In this document: positions 47,236 through 62,355 of the stretch, one piece after another
Layout: each line of letters starts with the position of its first letter
Position numbering within the stretch: the first letter of the stretch is position 1
DNA from: Nitrospirota bacterium
GTDB lineage: Bacteria > Nitrospirota > JACRHJ01
DNA: 64,000 bases
Reading direction: 5' to 3'
Assembly (NCBI GenBank): GCA_963733375.1
Contig: CAVTDB010000013.1
Location: 32,001 to 96,000, forward strand
The notes under the pieces: model-generated
Seen by the model: only the letters and a program-made list of their open reading frames with translations
What the model was told of the DNA's origin: nothing
Databases searched by the model: none
Program-made: the position numbers and the translations under genes

Positions 47236-49617
47236 ATGAACGAACACGCATTAAAAGTACTCGAGTTTTACAAGGTCTCCGAGGCTGTTTCCACCCGCGC
47301 GGTATCCGGGCCGGGAAGGGCCGAGGCCCTGTCATTCGCCCCATCGTCCGATATAAAAGAAGTCACTCTACGCCTTAAAGAGGCGGACGAGCTGAAAAAA
47401 TATCTCACGTCCCGGCACGAGTTCCCCATACGCGGCCTGAAGGATATATCGGTCCAGCTTAAAAAGGCGGCGGTGGAAGGGGCGGCGCTATCTCCCGAAG
47501 AGCTTTTACGGGTGCTCTCCGTGGCGCGGGCCTCCCGGCTGATGAAGTCCGCGCTCGCGAAAGTAAAGCAGGAATATCCTACCCTAATCAAAAGGGCCGC
47601 GGCCCTCTCGGTCTTTGAAAACATAGAGATGGACATCGCCCGCGCGATAGGCGAGGACTCGGAGGTGCTGGATTCGGCCTCCCCGGAGCTTAAAAGGATA
47701 CGGCACGCGCTGACCCAGGTACGCTCCCGGCTGAACCGCGAATTGGAATCCATCATCCAGGGCCCGTCGTACTCGAAGGCCATTCAGGAGCCGGTGATAA
47801 CCATGCGCGGCGACCGCTACTGACTCCCGCTCAAGACTAATTTCCGCACCTACCTCCAGGGCATAGTCCACGACCACTCGCAGACCGGCTCTACTGTATT
47901 CGTGGAGCCTGCGGCAACGGTTGAGCTTAACAACCGGCTGGTGGGCCTGAGAAACGACGAGGTCCGGGAGATAGAGCGCATCCTCTGGCGGCTCACCGCT
48001 ACCGTCCGGGAGAGTTGCGACCCGCTCGAAGCGTCTTATATGGCGCTCGTAAAGCTCGACGCGCTTTATGCCGTCGCGCAGTTCGCCCTGGATATAGACG
48101 GGAACCTGCCTTCGGTAAACGACAGGGGTTATGTCGAGCTGAAGGACGCACGCCACCCCCTGCTTGTGATGTCCAAGGGCAAGGGCGCGACCGTCCCCCT
48201 GGACATTAAGCTCGGGCGCGAATTCGATACGCTTGTAATCACGGGCCCCAATACCGGCGGAAAGACCGTCGTGTTAAAGACGCTCGGCCTTTTGACCTTG
48301 ATGGCGCAGTCGGGTTTTCTTATCCCTGCCGCGCCGGACTCGGTTATCCCCGTATTCGAAGACGTATATTCGGATATCGGCGACGAGCAGAGCGTGGAGC
48401 AGAATTTAAGCACCTTCTCGTCGCACATGAACCAGATCGTCTCAATGCTGGGCGGCGCCAATCGCAATACGCTGGTACTATTAGACGAGCTTGGAGCGGG
48501 TACGGACCCGTCCGAAGGCTCGGCGCTAGGCGTCGCTATCATCGAGGAGCTTCACCGGCGCGGGACAAAGACCGTGGTCACGACGCACCACGGGGCGCTT
48601 AAGGTCTTTGCGGCGAACACGCCGGGCGTTATGAACGCATCGGTGGAGTTCGACCCGGAGACGCTTCTACCCACATACAGCCTGGCCATCGGAAGGCCGG
48701 GGCGGAGCAGCGCGATACTCGTCGCCTCGCGTCTCGGGATGCCGAAAGGTGTCCTGGAGCGGGCGAAAGAAGGCCGGGCGGCGGGCGAGGCGGAGCTTGA
48801 CACGCTCATCGAGAAGCTGGAAAAAGAGGCGCAGGCCGCGCGTGAGGATAGAAGAAAGGCCGCACAGGAGGCACAAGGCGCGCGTGCGGAAAAGGAACGG
48901 CTTCAGGAACTGGTGCGGCGTGCGGAGGACGAGCGGCGCGAGGCGGTGCAGAAGGCAAAGGAAAAGGCGCAGAACGTCATTAATTCATTGAAGTTCAAGC
49001 TCCGGGAGCTGGAAGACCTGGCGAAGAAAGCCGCCGCGATATCGCCTGAGCGCGCGGAGGTAAAGAAGCACTCGGAAGAGGTGCAGGCGCTTGAAGCGCA
49101 GTTAAAGGACGAGTCGGTCCCGGCGGGTCCTATCAGAAGGCTTGAGATGGAGGCGCTTTCCGTCGGTGACACGGTAAAAGTCTATAAATACAACCGGCTC
49201 GGGCAGGTAATAGAAATAAAAAAAGACAAGAAAAAAGTCGTCGTACAGCTTGGCACGATGCGGGTGACGCTATCGCCTAGCGAGCTTGAGCTGTCCACCC
49301 GCTCCGCACCCGACAGGGCCAGGACGACCGCGTTCACGGTATCGCGGGCCGAGGAAGACGAGGACGAAACGTCCCCCGGCATGGAGTTGAATATCATAGG
49401 CCTACGGGTGGAAGAAGCTATGTCGAAGGTGCAGAAATTTTTGGAAAAGTCCATGCTTTCCGGCCTGGGCAGCGTCCGTATAATCCACGGCCGTGGCACG
49501 GGCGCACTCCGTAAAGCCATCCGGGAAGAACTGACGATTACCCCCGGCGTGAAGGATTTCCACGACGAGGTGTTCGAGCTTGGCGGCGACGCGGTGACGG
49601 TGGTGACGTTTAAATAA
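47236..49617 (+). CDS. mutS2: endonuclease MutS2 (single in-frame TGA at 47821)
   Basis: ARHPLL, ITGPNTGGKT, DIGDEQS, LSTFSSH, DELGAGTDP, Smr domain IIHGRGTGAL. Confidence 0.95.
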
Positions 49618-49644
49618 TGCCGTCTCGGTCATTAGAGTAACGCC

Positions 49645-49683
49645 TCCCCCATCCCCCTCTTAGCCTACGAGGGGGATGGGGGA
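49645..49683. repeat. G/C-rich 15-bp inverted repeat (REP/triplex-type)
   Basis: TCCCCCATCCCCCTC-TTAGCCTAC-GAGGGGGATGGGGGA. Confidence 0.7.
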
Positions 49684-49701
49684 CTTCGGAAAGGATTTTG
49701 G

Positions 49702-50644
49702 ATGTCAAGTGCGATGCCCCTGGTAAGCGTTATAATACCGACATACAACGGCGAAGCCTCTATCCGTGAGGCGGTCGAGAGTGCGCTTTCTCAAACTTTT
49801 ACTGACATGGAAATTATGGTCGTTAACGACGGCTCGACCGACGGCACCGGGAAAAAACTTGAAGATTTGATAACAGATGGTCGAATAAAATACATACCTC
49901 AGATGAACGCAGGGCCGGGGGCTGCGCGGAATACCGGCATAAAAAATACATCGGGAGAGCTTATCGCCCTCTTAGACCACGACGATTTATGGATGCCGGA
50001 AAAGATAGAGAAGCAGGTCCGCTTCATGCGGGAGAATCCGTGGGCGGATGTCGTTTTCAGCGACGGCTATTGCATTGATGAAAAAGGGGGAATGAGCGCG
50101 CGCGAGAGAGAGCGCGCGCCAAGAAAATATTCGGCCCGGCCTGATTTTATAGAGATGTTCGGCCAGGGTCTTAATGCCCTGCCGACCTCGGTCATGTTCA
50201 GGCGGCAAGCAGTTGAACTAGTCGGGGATTTTAAAGAGAATAAACCGGGCGCTTGGTTGTCGGACGATTGGGACATGTGGTTCCGGATGGCGGCAAAAGG
50301 CCTGCGTTTTGCCTTTATTAGTGAACTGCTCTATATAAAAGAGGGGGCACTCGGCGAACTTGACCATGCAAGTACTATCCAGCTCATGCACAAAGGCCCA
50401 TAACGCCTGTAAGAAAATCGGAGAAGATTTCGCCGTGAGGGATTTAGCGCCTATCAGGAAAAGGTTCGCCACGGGACGCTTTGACGCCGCCCGTAAGTTC
50501 ATGTACATGGGCCGCTTCAGGGACGGCCTGGCTTCCGGCATTTGTGCCGCCACGTTTCAGGGAAAATATTATTTTAAATTGCCTGGGCTCATTGTGAGAT
50601 ATTTTAGACTTATGCTTAAAAGAAATTTTAAGATTAATCAATAA
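49702..50644 (+). CDS. GT2 family glycosyltransferase, frameshift near 50350
   Basis: VSVIIPTYN, VNDGSTD, NAGPGAARN, LDHDD, DWDMWFR. Confidence 0.88.
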
Positions 50645-52565
50645 TCTTTCTCGCAACGAATTAATTTTGATTGATTTTGTTATACTTATAATATAAAATA
50701 GTTAGTTTCACCGAAGGAAGGCCGTAATTTGGACGGGTTGATCCCCGATGAGGCGCTCGACAGGGTACGTTCCGCGACGGATATCGTGGAGCTTGTATCG
50801 CAGCACGTAACGCTGAAACATACCGGCGCGAACTATCTGGGGCTTTGCCCGTTCCATCAGGAGAAGACGCCGTCATTCACCGTCAGCCCGGCTAAGCAGA
50901 TATTCCACTGCTTCGGATGCGGGGCGGGCGGGGACGCCGTCGGCTTCATGATGCGCCAGGGGAACTACAGCTTCCCGGAGGCGGTGCGCTTCCTTGCGGA
51001 CCGGGCGGGGATAGAACTGCCGGAGCGGGCGGAGCAGACATCCCACGAAGACTGGGAGAAGCTTTTCGCGGCGAACGAAGAGGCGGCGAAATTCTTTCAG
51101 GACAGGCTCTGGAATTCAGCCGACGGGAAAAAGGCGCTGGGCTACCTGAAAGACAGGGGTATGCCTGACGACTCCGCGAAGGCGTTTGAAATAGGATATT
51201 CACCTGCGTCGTGGGACGGGTTGACCGGCCATTTGAAGGGCCTGGGGCTCGATTTTAAAATACTGGAAAAAGCAGGTCTTATAGTAAAAAAAGCGGACGG
51301 CGCCGGTTACTACGACCGTTTCAGGGGCCGCCTGATGTTCCCGATAAGGGACATTAAAGACAGGGTCATAGGCTTCGGCGGCAGGGCGATGATTAAGGAC
51401 GAGATGCCGAAGTACCTGAATTCGCCGGATACGCCGCTTTTCAAGAAGGGCGAGACGCTTTACGGCATCGGGAGTTGCCAAGGAAGCGATAAGAAAGCGG
51501 GATTTCGCCATAGTGGTGGAAGGCTACATGGACGCCATCGCCTGCCACAGGGCGGGCGTTGCAAACGCCGTAGCCACGCTCGGCACCGCGCTCACGCCCG
51601 GACATTTGCGGCTGCTGTCGCGTTTTTCAAAGAACGTGTTGCTGGTTTTCGACGCGGACGATGCCGGTCTAAAAGCGGCGCAGCGCTCTCTGGACGTTTT
51701 TTTAAGCTCCACGCCGAAGATGGTCGGCAAAGGTGGCGCTACTGCCGGAAGGGGACGACCCGGACAGCCTGCTCATCCGGGAAGGGGCCGAGGCCCTGAA
51801 GGAGAGCCTTAAAGGGCGCGAAAAGTTGCTGGAGTTTGTAATCAAACGCGAGGCCGCGGGCGTCTTGGATATAGACGCCAAAATCAAGGCGGTAGGTACC
51901 TTGACCGGAATCCTCGCGCGGGTGGACGACGCGGTCGAGCGCAGCTATTACGTAAAGATGGCGGCGTCCGAGCTTAAAGTCGATGAGTCGGCGGTCAAAG
52001 AAGAGCTTGAGAAAAAGACCGCGCAGGTTCGGCAAGTACGGGCATTTACCGTTCCTCGCAAGGCGCGGGGGCTGCGGGGCTTAAGGGCAAAAATTTCGCC
52101 TCTCTGGACAAGATCGAGGCGGGGCTTATCCAGTCGGCGCTCAGGGACACGGACGCGGCGCTTTATGCGGCGGATAACTTGGGCGCGGAGGATTTTTCGG
52201 ACGAGCGGCTGAAAAAAGCCGCCGATGGTATTATTTAAGATGGCCCTGGCCGGGGAGCCGGTAGAGGTCCCGAAGCTCCTTGACGCGCTCCAGGACGAGG
52301 ATGCCAGGCGTGCGGTACTTGAGCTGTCCGTACGGGATACCGTTTCGGAAGACGCCCTGGCATACGCGGAGGGCGCGGTCCTCATGCTTTTAGAGGCCCG
52401 GTATAAGAAGATAGTTGAGGAAGTGCACGTCCTGCTTCAGAGGGCGGGCGCGCTGGGCGAGCCGGAGGCGGTAAAGGAAATTTCGGATTTCCGCATGAAT
52501 ATGATCAAGGCGCTTTCGAAGAAAGATTTTGAACTTTTAAATACATTGCAGAAGGAGCTGGCCGA

Positions 52566-54391
<1,826 letters not shown>

Positions 54392-54392
<1 letters not shown>

Positions 54393-55726
54393 TGGCCGAC
54401 GTAATACCGTTTCGGGGAGTAAGGTACAACCATTCGTCAAAATTATCGAAGCTTGTCGCGCCGCCCTATGACGTAATCTCGCCGCAGTACAGGCAGGAAC
54501 TCTACGACCGGGACCCTCATAACGTCGTCCGGATAGATTTCGGCATGCCCGAGGAGGGCGACTCCGCGGACAACAACCAGTACACGCGCGCGGCGAAAAG
54601 CCTGAAGCGGTGGATCGGAGACGGGGTCCTGCGGCGCGAAGAGAAGCCCGCGCTGTACCTCTACGAAGTGGAGTACGAGACCCCGGCGGGCGAGAAGAAG
54701 TCCATGCGCGGCTTCATCTGTCTTCTTCGGCTGGAGGAGTGGGACAAGGGCATAGTCCTCCCGCATGAAGGCACTCTGAAGGGGCCCAAGGCGGACCGGT
54801 TCGAGCTATTAAAATCCGCTTCCGCCGCCGCGAGCCAGGTGTTCTCGCTGTACTCGGACCCGGAAAAAAAGATATCGAAGGCGTTCGAGTCCGCCGCGGC
54901 TAAGCCCCCTTCCGGGGAGGCGACCGACGACGACGGCTCCGTGCACAGGATCTGGGTCGTGACAGACCCGGAGATAATCAAGGCGGTGCAAAAGGCCATG
55001 GCGGACAAGAAGGTTTTCATTGCCGACGGCCATCACCGTTACGAGACGGCGCTTGGCTACCGCGACTACAGGAGAAGCGAGGCCGCCGCATGGACGGGCG
55101 GCGAGGGCTTTAATTTCATCCCCATGTTCCTCTCCAACATGGACGAGGACGGCCTTACGGTACTGCCTACCCATCGGCTGATAAGCGACGCGGGCGAGCT
55201 TACGCTGGACTCCGTGCTGGAGCGGTCCTCGCATTATTTCAAAGTAAAGCGGTTCTCGTTCCTCACGGAAAACGAGTATGACGCGCGGTCGGAGTTCCTT
55301 CGTTCACTTTCGGAAGCGGGAAAGAATTCCCACTCCTTCGGCTTCTGCTGGGACAGCGCCCCATGCTATTACCTCCTTACCCTTAAGGACCTGGACGACG
55401 TCGCGAAGGCGCAGTGGTGCCCGCGCTCGGATACCTATTGCAGCCTGGACGTCACGATACTTCATTCGCTTATAGTGGAGCGCGTGCTTGGCATCGACAC
55501 GGAGAAGATTGCCGTGTCCCAGCCGGTGCAGTTCGAGAAAAACGCCGACAGGGCGATAGAGCGGGTCGCGGCCGGCGAGTTCGCCATGTGCTTCCTGCTG
55601 AACCCGACCAAGGTGCAGGAGGTGAAGGAGGTCGCGCTGGCCCATGAGATAATGCCGCAGAAATCGACTTACTTTTATCCGAAGCTCCTGACCGGCCTGG
55701 TGATAGCGGATTTGAACCATATATAA
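54392..55726 (+). CDS. DUF1015 family protein
   Basis: PFRG, APPYDVI, PHEGT, IADGHHRYET, PTHR, MPQKSTYFYPK. Confidence 0.9.
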
Positions 55727-55838
55727 ACCGTTACTTTCTTTTCGAGAAAAGAAAGTAACACAAAGAAAAGCTGGGGTTAAAGTCTCGCTTTCTTTTGTGT
55801 TACTTTTCTTTCCCGCGAAAGAAAAGTAACGACTTTAA
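55724..55838. repeat. A/T-rich triplex-type doublet (locus 11)
   Basis: TAAACCGTTAC-TTTCTTTTC-GA-GAAAAGAAA-GTAACAC-AAAGAAAAG ... CTTTCTTTT-GTGTTAC-TTTTCTTTC-CCGC-GAAAGAAAA-GTAACG. Confidence 0.93.
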
Positions 55839-55848
55839 GAATTAAAAA

Positions 55849-56307
55849 ATGCCTAAACTTACCACCATCGCCGGGATAATCAAGGAAGTCCTGAAGGCGC
55901 GGGGCCTGGGAAGCGGGGATACGCTCTCTAAGCTCCGGGGTAAATGGGCAAACGCTGTGGGAGGGAAAATCGCACAGCACGCACAGCCTCAGATGATCAG
56001 AGAGGGGCGGCTCACCTTGACCGTTGACAGCCCCGCCTGGATGTCCCAGCTCTACCATGCTCTCCCCCGAGATTATAGAAAAAATAAACGCGGCGCTTGA
56101 AGAGGGCGCGGTCCGGGAACTGAAGTTCTGCCTGGGTACGCCCGCAAAGAATGAAAAGAGAAAAGAAGGCGGCTCCCATAAAGAAGCGTGAGATTTCGCC
56201 CGAGGAGAAAGACGCCATAGAGGCGCGCCACGGCGAAAATTGGGGACAAGGAGCTTCGGTCCTCCGCAAAGAAAATGCTGTCCAAATCATGCAGGAGGGT
56301 GAAGTAA
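55849..56307 (+). CDS. DUF721/DciA-like protein, frameshifted
   Basis: WANAVGGKIAQHAQP..GRLTLTVDSPAWMSQL; reassembled tail EIIEKINAAL...IGDKELR. Confidence 0.75.
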
Positions 56308-56994
56308 TGGCCTGCGACTGCAAGAACTGCATCGTCAGGGGCCTCACTATTTTTTCCGGCCTCGGCATAAGCGAGCTTGAGAAGGTCGGGACGCTGATAT
56401 ACCTGAAAAGCTTCCGCCGCAAGAAAGTAATCTTCCTCGAAGACACGCCAAGCAATACCGTTTACGTCCTGAAGACCGGCACGGTCAAGTGCTATAAATC
56501 GCTGCCCGACGGCCGCGAGCTGATAATCAGCATCCTCACCCCCGGCGACATGCTGGGCTTCGACTCCCTCTACGAAGACCACTACTCAAATACCGCCGAG
56601 GCCATACAGGACACGGAGCTTTGCTGCATCCGAAAAAAGGACCTGGTGGACCTCCTTCAAGAGCAGCCCCGAGGTCGGCGTCCGGTTCATCAAGAAGATG
56701 AACAAGGAGCTTCAACTCGCGCAGGAGCGCATCCGGGACCTGGGCCTGAAGGACGCGCGTGAGCGTGTGGCGACTCTTCTGATGACGCTCTTCATCTCTC
56801 GCGGAGAGGGCCAGGTGCCCAAGTTCACCCTGTCCCGGCAGGAGATCTCCGAGATGGCGGGCGTCGCCCAGGAAACGGTGATAAGGATAATTTCCGAATT
56901 CAAATCGGACGGGCTGATTAAATCGGAAGGCAAAAACATCGTAGTGCTGAAGCCGGATGAACTGCGGAAGACGGCAGGGATATTTGAGATATAA
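56307..56994 (+). CDS. Crp/Fnr family regulator with N-terminal Cys cluster, one frameshift
   Basis: MACDCKNC, cNMP-binding fold (GTVK, PGDMLG, TAEA..TELCCI), HTH LSRQEISEMAGVAQETVIR. Confidence 0.88.
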
Positions 56995-56997
56995 TTT

Positions 56998-57097
56998 CTT
57001 CTTTTCTTTTACGGAAAAGAAAAGAAGCAAAAGAAAACGGGGCTAATTTAAGTCCGGCTTTCTTTTGCTACTTTTCTTTCACCCGAAAGAAAAGTAG
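56998..57097. repeat. A/T-rich triplex-type doublet (locus 12)
   Basis: CTTC-TTTTCTTTT-ACGG-AAAAGAAAA-GAAGC-AAAAGAAAA ... CTTTCTTTT-GCTAC-TTTTCTTTC-ACCC-GAAAGAAAA-GTAG(GAGG). Confidence 0.92.
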
Positions 57098-57104
57098 GAG
57101 GTTT

Positions 57105-57912
57105 ATGAAAGAACTGACAGTTGCAAAACGCGCCGCAAAAGAGGCGGGAAAAATATTGCTCTCCTACATGGGGAAGCTGGAGCATGTCGAGTATAAGGGC
57201 CGGCGCGACCCGGTAAGCGAGGCGGACAAGGCGTCCGAGAAGCGGGTCGCGGAGATAATCAGGGAGGCGTTTCCGGCGCACGGATTTCTGGCGGAGGAGA
57301 AGACCTCGTGGACAGGCCAGGACAAAAGCGCCCGCTGGATTGTGGACCCGCTGGACGGCACGGTTAATTATGCGCACGGCTATCCGCACTTCTCGGTCTC
57401 CATCGCGTTCGAGAGGGACGGAGAAGTTCAGGCGGGCGTGGTATTCGACCCGGTGAAGAAAGACCTGTTTTCCGCCGTCAAAGGCGGCGGCGCTTTTTTG
57501 AACAACACGCCGATACGGGTATCAAAGACGAGGACGTTGATAAAGTCGCTTATCGTGACCGGCTTCCCTTACGACATCGAGAGCCGCCCGAAGGAAATCC
57601 TCGAACCGTTTAACCGGATGGTCCTGGCGTCGCAAGGGGTACGGCGTGACGGCTCCGCCGCACTGAACCTGTGCTACCTTGCCGTGCGGCCGCTTCGACG
57701 GCTACTGGGAAATGGGGCTTAAGCCCTGGGACACCGCGGCGGGAATGCTCATCCTGCGCGAGGCGGGCGGAGTAGTGACGGACTTCAAAGGCGAGCCGTT
57801 CAAGCCGGAGATGCAGGAGATACTGGCGAGCAACGGAAAGATACAGAAAGAAATGATGGAGGACTCTGGAAAAAAAGGGGCACTAAAAATTACTCCCTCG
57901 GCCAGACCTTGA
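57105..57912 (+). CDS. suhB: inositol monophosphatase family protein, frameshifted
   Basis: [42 protein letters not shown]. Confidence 0.9.
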
Positions 57913-58799
57913 ACTTCTCCACCATCCGTATCGGATTATAAGACTGCTTGGATTTTTTCAGGTTCGGCTCGCCCAGGTCCTGCTCGCGGTTCACGAATTC
58001 GATATCCGGGAACTCCTGCTTTAAGAACTCGCTCGAAATATATTGATACAGCCCCGAGTATTCCTGGTTCGCTTTCTCCACGTGCACGACGACCATTTCC
58101 TCGTTTAAAAGCTCGCCCAGCGACAGCGCCTCGACAACGCCGTTTATAAGGACTACGCCGCCGATGGTGGAGAGGTCTTTCAGGTGGTCCAGCGCGTGCT
58201 GCGTCGCCTCCGCCTCGCCGAAAGTGGACGGTATGTTTACGGAGCATTTCTCGCGGCACCAGCGATCGACCAGGTCCTTTGCCTGCGGGACAAGCTCCGG
58301 CGTGAGCCTTCTGTATTCCGGGTCATACCTCTTTAGGAATCGGTTCAGCAGGTTCTTCTTGTCGTGGAATTTCCTGCCGGAGAGCGAGATGAGTTCGGCC
58401 GTGCTGTAAACGTAATCGCTGTCGTCCTGGCTCAGTTCGTATTTATATTTAGGGTCCCCCTCGATATATTTTTTGATGAATTCCGCTGATGCCAGGTTGA
58501 CCACGGGCAACTCGTCATCTCTCCCGCATGAAATCCATCTGACTGTTCATCGTTTCCGGGATTTTATTATCGCCGACGGGCGGGAAGAAGTAATATTCCC
58601 CCTGGTAGGACTTTGCGTAGAAGAGGAGGTTGCCGTTAAGAGTGCTGATTTTATAATCGTGGACGTGCTTGAACATGAAGAGGTTCGTGAAGCAAAGCTC
58701 CGAGACCTCCGGCCTGAGGGCGCGGAATATCGCCTCCACCGGCTCCCGGTCGGAAAGCTCAATAGGGCGGAACGCTGGAAATTTCGGGAAGTCGGCCAT
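57890..58799 (-). CDS. DUF2156 (aminoacyl-transferase/MprF C-terminal-like) protein, frameshifted
   Basis: [53 protein letters not shown]. Confidence 0.85.
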
Positions 58800-58826
58800 T
58801 GAAGAAATTATAACACCAAAACCCTT

Positions 58827-58956
58827 CTTACTTTTCTTTCGCGAAAAAGAAAAGAAACAAAAGAAAACGGGGCTGAAAAACAATTTATCGGGTTTAAACA
58901 GTCCGGCTTTTCTTTGTGTTACTTTCTTTTCACCTGAAAAGAAAGTAACGACTTTA
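58827..58956. repeat. A/T-rich triplex-type doublet (locus 13)
   Basis: CTTAC-TTTTCTTTC-GCGA-AAAAGAAAA-GAAAC-AAAAGAAAA ... CTTTTCTTT-GTGTTAC-TTTCTTTTC-ACCT-GAAAAGAAA-GTAACG. Confidence 0.9.
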
Positions 58957-58960
58957 GACT

Positions 58961-61780
58961 TTATATGTTCAACGCCTTTTTTAAGAACTGCCCCGTATAC
59001 GACCCTTTGGCCTTCGCTATGTCTTCCGGCGTGCCCATCGCGACTATGCGTCCGCCGCCGTCCCCGCCTTCCGGGCCGAGGTCTATTATATGGTCCGCCG
59101 TCTTTATCACGTCCAGGTTATGCTCGATGACCACCACCGTGTTCCCCGTCTCCACCAGCCGGTTCAGCACGTCGAGGAGCTTCTGGATGTCCGCGAAGTG
59201 CAGCCCTGTGGTCGGCTCATCAAGGATATACAAGGTTCGACCGGTGCTGCGCTTCGACAGTTCTTTCGAGAGCTTCACCCTCTGCGCCTCGCCGCCGGAG
59301 AGCGTCGTGGCGGACTGCCCGAGCTTTATGTAGCCTAGCCCCACGTCGTTTATGGTCACCAGCTTGTTGTGTATCACCGGGATGTTCTCGAAGAAGTCCA
59401 GCCCCTCGGATACGGTCATTTCAAGCACGTCCGTAATACTTTGACCCTTGTACTTTATCTCCAGCGTCTCGCGGTTATAGCGCTTGCCCTTGCATACGTC
59501 GCAGGTCACGAACACGTCCGGCAGGAAGTGCATCTCTATCTTTATCACTCCGTCGCCCTGGCATGCCTCGCACCGCCCGCCCTTGACGTTAAAGCTGTAC
59601 CGGCCCGCCTTGTAGCCGCGCATCCTGGAGTCGGGCACCTGCGCGAACATCTCCCGTATGTGCGTGAACAGCCCGGTATAAGTCGCCGGGTTGGAACGCG
59701 GAGTCCTGCCGATGGGCGACTGGTCGATGTCTATGACCTTGTCCACCTCGTGCAGGCCGAGCACGCCGTCGCACAGGCCCGCGCGCTCGGTGGAGCGGTA
59801 GAACTGCTGCGCGAGGGTCTTGTACAACACCTCCAGCACCAGCGAGGATTTCCCGGAGCCGGAGACGCCCGTCACGCAGGTCAGCACGCCCAGCGGTATG
59901 CGGACGTCGATATTTTTCAGGTTATTTTCACGCGCCTTCTTTATGGTGATATACTTCCTGGCGGTCCTGCGCATCAGCGGGACGAGTATCTTTCTTCTGC
60001 CGGAGAGGTATGCGCCGGTTAGCGAATCCTCGTTCTCCATTATCTCTTTAGGCGTCCCCTGCGCCACCACATATCCGCCGTGTTCCCCGGCGCCCGGCCC
60101 CATGTCGATTACGTAATCGGAGCGCAGTATCGTGTCCTCGTCGTGCTCCACGACCAGCACGGTATTGCCGAGGTTCTTAAGCGACAGAAGCGTATCCAGC
60201 AGTTTCTCGTTGTCTCTCTGGTGGAGGCCGATGGACGGCTCGTCGAGTATATAGAGCACGCCCATGAGCGAGGAGCCTATCTGCGTCGCAAGCCTTATCC
60301 GCTCCGCCTCGCCGCCGGAGAGCGTCGCCGCGCGCCTGTCCAGCGTGAGGTAGTCCAGCCCCACGTTTATGAGGAACCCAAGCCGCTCGTTAATCTCCTT
60401 CAGGATCTTCTGCGCGATGAAAGACTCTTTCTCCGTCAGCGGCAGTTCCGTAAAGAACTCACGCGCCCGGCGCACGGAAAGTCTCGTCGCCTGCGTGATA
60501 TTTACGTCTCCCACCTTTATGGAAAGAGATTCCTTCCTCAGCCTGTCGCCTTTGCATGCCGGGCACGGGTGCGCGCCCATGTATTCCTCTATCTCCTGGC
60601 GGATGTAGGCGGACTCGGTCTCATGGTATCGCCTGGCCAGGTTTTTCACCACGCCCTCGAACTCGCGGGTGTAGAACTGCTTCCGGCCGTCGCGCATGAA
60701 CCAGAACTTTACTTCCTCGCCGCCGGAGCCGTATAAAATCGCATCTTGAGCCTTCTTCGGCAGCTTCTTCCAGGGCGCCGTGAGCGAGAACCCGAAATGG
60801 TCGGCTAACGCCTCCAGCATCTGGTAGTAGAATACCGTCGTGCGCTTCGACCACGGCTTGACCGCGCCCTCGCGTATCGATAAATCTTTATTCGGGATGA
60901 CCAGGTCCGGGTCTATGTCCATCTTCGCGCCCAGGCCGTCGCACTCCGGGCACGCGCCGTGCGGGTTATTGAACGAGAACATCCTGGGCGTCATCTCCGG
61001 GTAGGATATGCCGCAGTAGATGCAGGCGAGCTTTTCGGAATAGAGTATGTCTTTCGCGCCGGCCTCGACGGGAGAGATTACGACGATGCCTTCGGAGAGC
61101 TTCAGCGCGACTTCCAGGGAATCGGCCAGCCGCTTTTCGATTCCCTCCTTTATGACGAGCCTGTCGATGACTATCTCGATGGTGTGCTTCTTGTTCTTGT
61201 CCAGGACGATATTCTCGGAGAGGTCCCGCACCGCCTTGTCTATGCGCGCGCGGACGTAGCCCTCCTTCTTCATCTGGGCGAGCTCTTTTCGATATTCCCC
61301 TTTGCGTCCGCGGACGATGGGAGCGAGCACCGAAATCTTGGCGCCGGGGGGCATCGCGGTTATCTTGTCCACCATCTGCGAGACGGTCTGGGAGGTGATT
61401 TCCTTGCCGCAGTTGTAGCAGTACGGGTGGCCTATGCGTGCGTACAGAAGGCGCAGGTAGTCGTAGATTTCCGTCACCGTGCCGACGGTACTGCGCGGGT
61501 TCTTCGAGGTGGTCTTCTGCTCGATGGAGATGGCGGGTGAGAGGCCCTCGATAGAGTCCACGTCCGGCTTGTCCATCTGTTCCAGGAACTGCCGGGCGTA
61601 TGCGGACAGGGACTCGACGTATCGCCTCTGTCCCTCGGCGTATATGGTGTCGAATGCGAGGGAGGATTTCCCCGAGCCGGAAAGCCCCGTGATTACAACG
61701 AGTTTGTCCCTGGGTATCTCCAGGTCTATGTTTTTTAAGTTATGCTCGCGCGCGCCCTTGATGATAAGCTTGTCCTGCAT
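58961..61780 (-). CDS. uvrA: excinuclease ABC subunit A
   Basis: [24 protein letters not shown], two ABC modules (LSGGEA) and Zn fingers; intact 939 aa. Confidence 0.98.
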   Translation of the reverse strand: MQDKLIIKGAREHNLKNIDLEIPRDKLVVITGLSGSGKSSLAFDTIYAEGQRRYVESLSAYARQFLEQMDKPDVDSIEGLSPAISIEQKTTSKNPRSTVGTVTEIYDYLRLLYARIGHPYCYNCGKEITSQTVSQMVDKITAMPPGAKISVLAPIVRGRKGEYRKELAQMKKEGYVRARIDKAVRDLSENIVLDKNKKHTIEIVIDRLVIKEGIEKRLADSLEVALKLSEGIVVISPVEAGAKDILYSEKLACIYCGISYPEMTPRMFSFNNPHGACPECDGLGAKMDIDPDLVIPNKDLSIREGAVKPWSKRTTVFYYQMLEALADHFGFSLTAPWKKLPKKAQDAILYGSGGEEVKFWFMRDGRKQFYTREFEGVVKNLARRYHETESAYIRQEIEEYMGAHPCPACKGDRLRKESLSIKVGDVNITQATRLSVRRAREFFTELPLTEKESFIAQKILKEINERLGFLINVGLDYLTLDRRAATLSGGEAERIRLATQIGSSLMGVLYILDEPSIGLHQRDNEKLLDTLLSLKNLGNTVLVVEHDEDTILRSDYVIDMGPGAGEHGGYVVAQGTPKEIMENEDSLTGAYLSGRRKILVPLMRRTARKYITIKKARENNLKNIDVRIPLGVLTCVTGVSGSGKSSLVLEVLYKTLAQQFYRSTERAGLCDGVLGLHEVDKVIDIDQSPIGRTPRSNPATYTGLFTHIREMFAQVPDSRMRGYKAGRYSFNVKGGRCEACQGDGVIKIEMHFLPDVFVTCDVCKGKRYNRETLEIKYKGQSITDVLEMTVSEGLDFFENIPVIHNKLVTINDVGLGYIKLGQSATTLSGGEAQRVKLSKELSKRSTGRTLYILDEPTTGLHFADIQKLLDVLNRLVETGNTVVVIEHNLDVIKTADHIIDLGPEGGDGGGRIVAMGTPEDIAKAKGSYTGQFLKKALNI

Positions 61781-61838
61781 CTGCTTTAGAACCCCTCTAC
61801 TCCCCTAACCCATTATAAAACAAGACAGTGAACTCACA

Positions 61839-61867
61839 ATTTTAACACCGGAAGGGGCGTAGCGCAA
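61839..61867 (-). promoter_or_regulatory. putative uvrA promoter
   Basis: Minus strand TTGCGC-17 nt-TAAAAT with TG extension. Confidence 0.55.
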
Positions 61868-61953
61868 GAAGATTCAGGGCGGGCGGCCTGCGGGATGCGG
61901 AAACTGTTTTTGAGCGGTATAATTTAAAGTGTACCGTTTTATGGAGGTGCGAT

Positions 61954-62235
61954 ATGAAGTATTACGTGAGGTGGGAAGTCCAGGAGGGCAATGATGCCAA
62001 GGAAGTGATATTAAAACAGCTCGAACATATCGAGAAGTCCGGCAAGATGAAGCACGGCGGGGTGCTCCTGGGCGTCCGGGGCGGCTATTTCATTTTCGAC
62101 ATTGAGAAGCCCTCGGAGCTGCTATACCTGCTCGGAACGGCCATCTTTGATAACTGCCACGTAGAGAGCTATCCGGTGGTTTCATACAAGGAGCTGGGTG
62201 AATTCCTGAAGGAGGACCTGAAGAAGGCGGCTTGA
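61954..62235 (+). CDS. small hypothetical protein (possibly DUF3303-like)
   Basis: SD GGAGGT; 93 aa with GGYFIFDIE and VESYPV pattern; TATAAT at 61918. Confidence 0.7.
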   Translation: MKYYVRWEVQEGNDAKEVILKQLEHIEKSGKMKHGGVLLGVRGGYFIFDIEKPSELLYLLGTAIFDNCHVESYPVVSYKELGEFLKEDLKKAA

Positions 62236-62355
62236 TCGCAGTTTCCAGAGCCGAAGGGCTTTACCTGTCCAGAGCGGTAGCGAAGACAGAAGGCGAAGAA
62301 ACAAGGCGGCGTAAAAGTTGCCTGTTTCCCGGGCAACATGCAAAGTGAGGGGCAA

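Noticed and set aside
43586-47823. Stop-codon reassignment, pyrrolysine or selenocysteine (TAG in hslU and Fic, TGA in mutS2, TAA in tolC)
   Set aside because: All three stop types occur internally, each one substitution from a plausible sense codon. TAG ends xerC, argB and the activase normally, and TGA ends cusA and yqeY.
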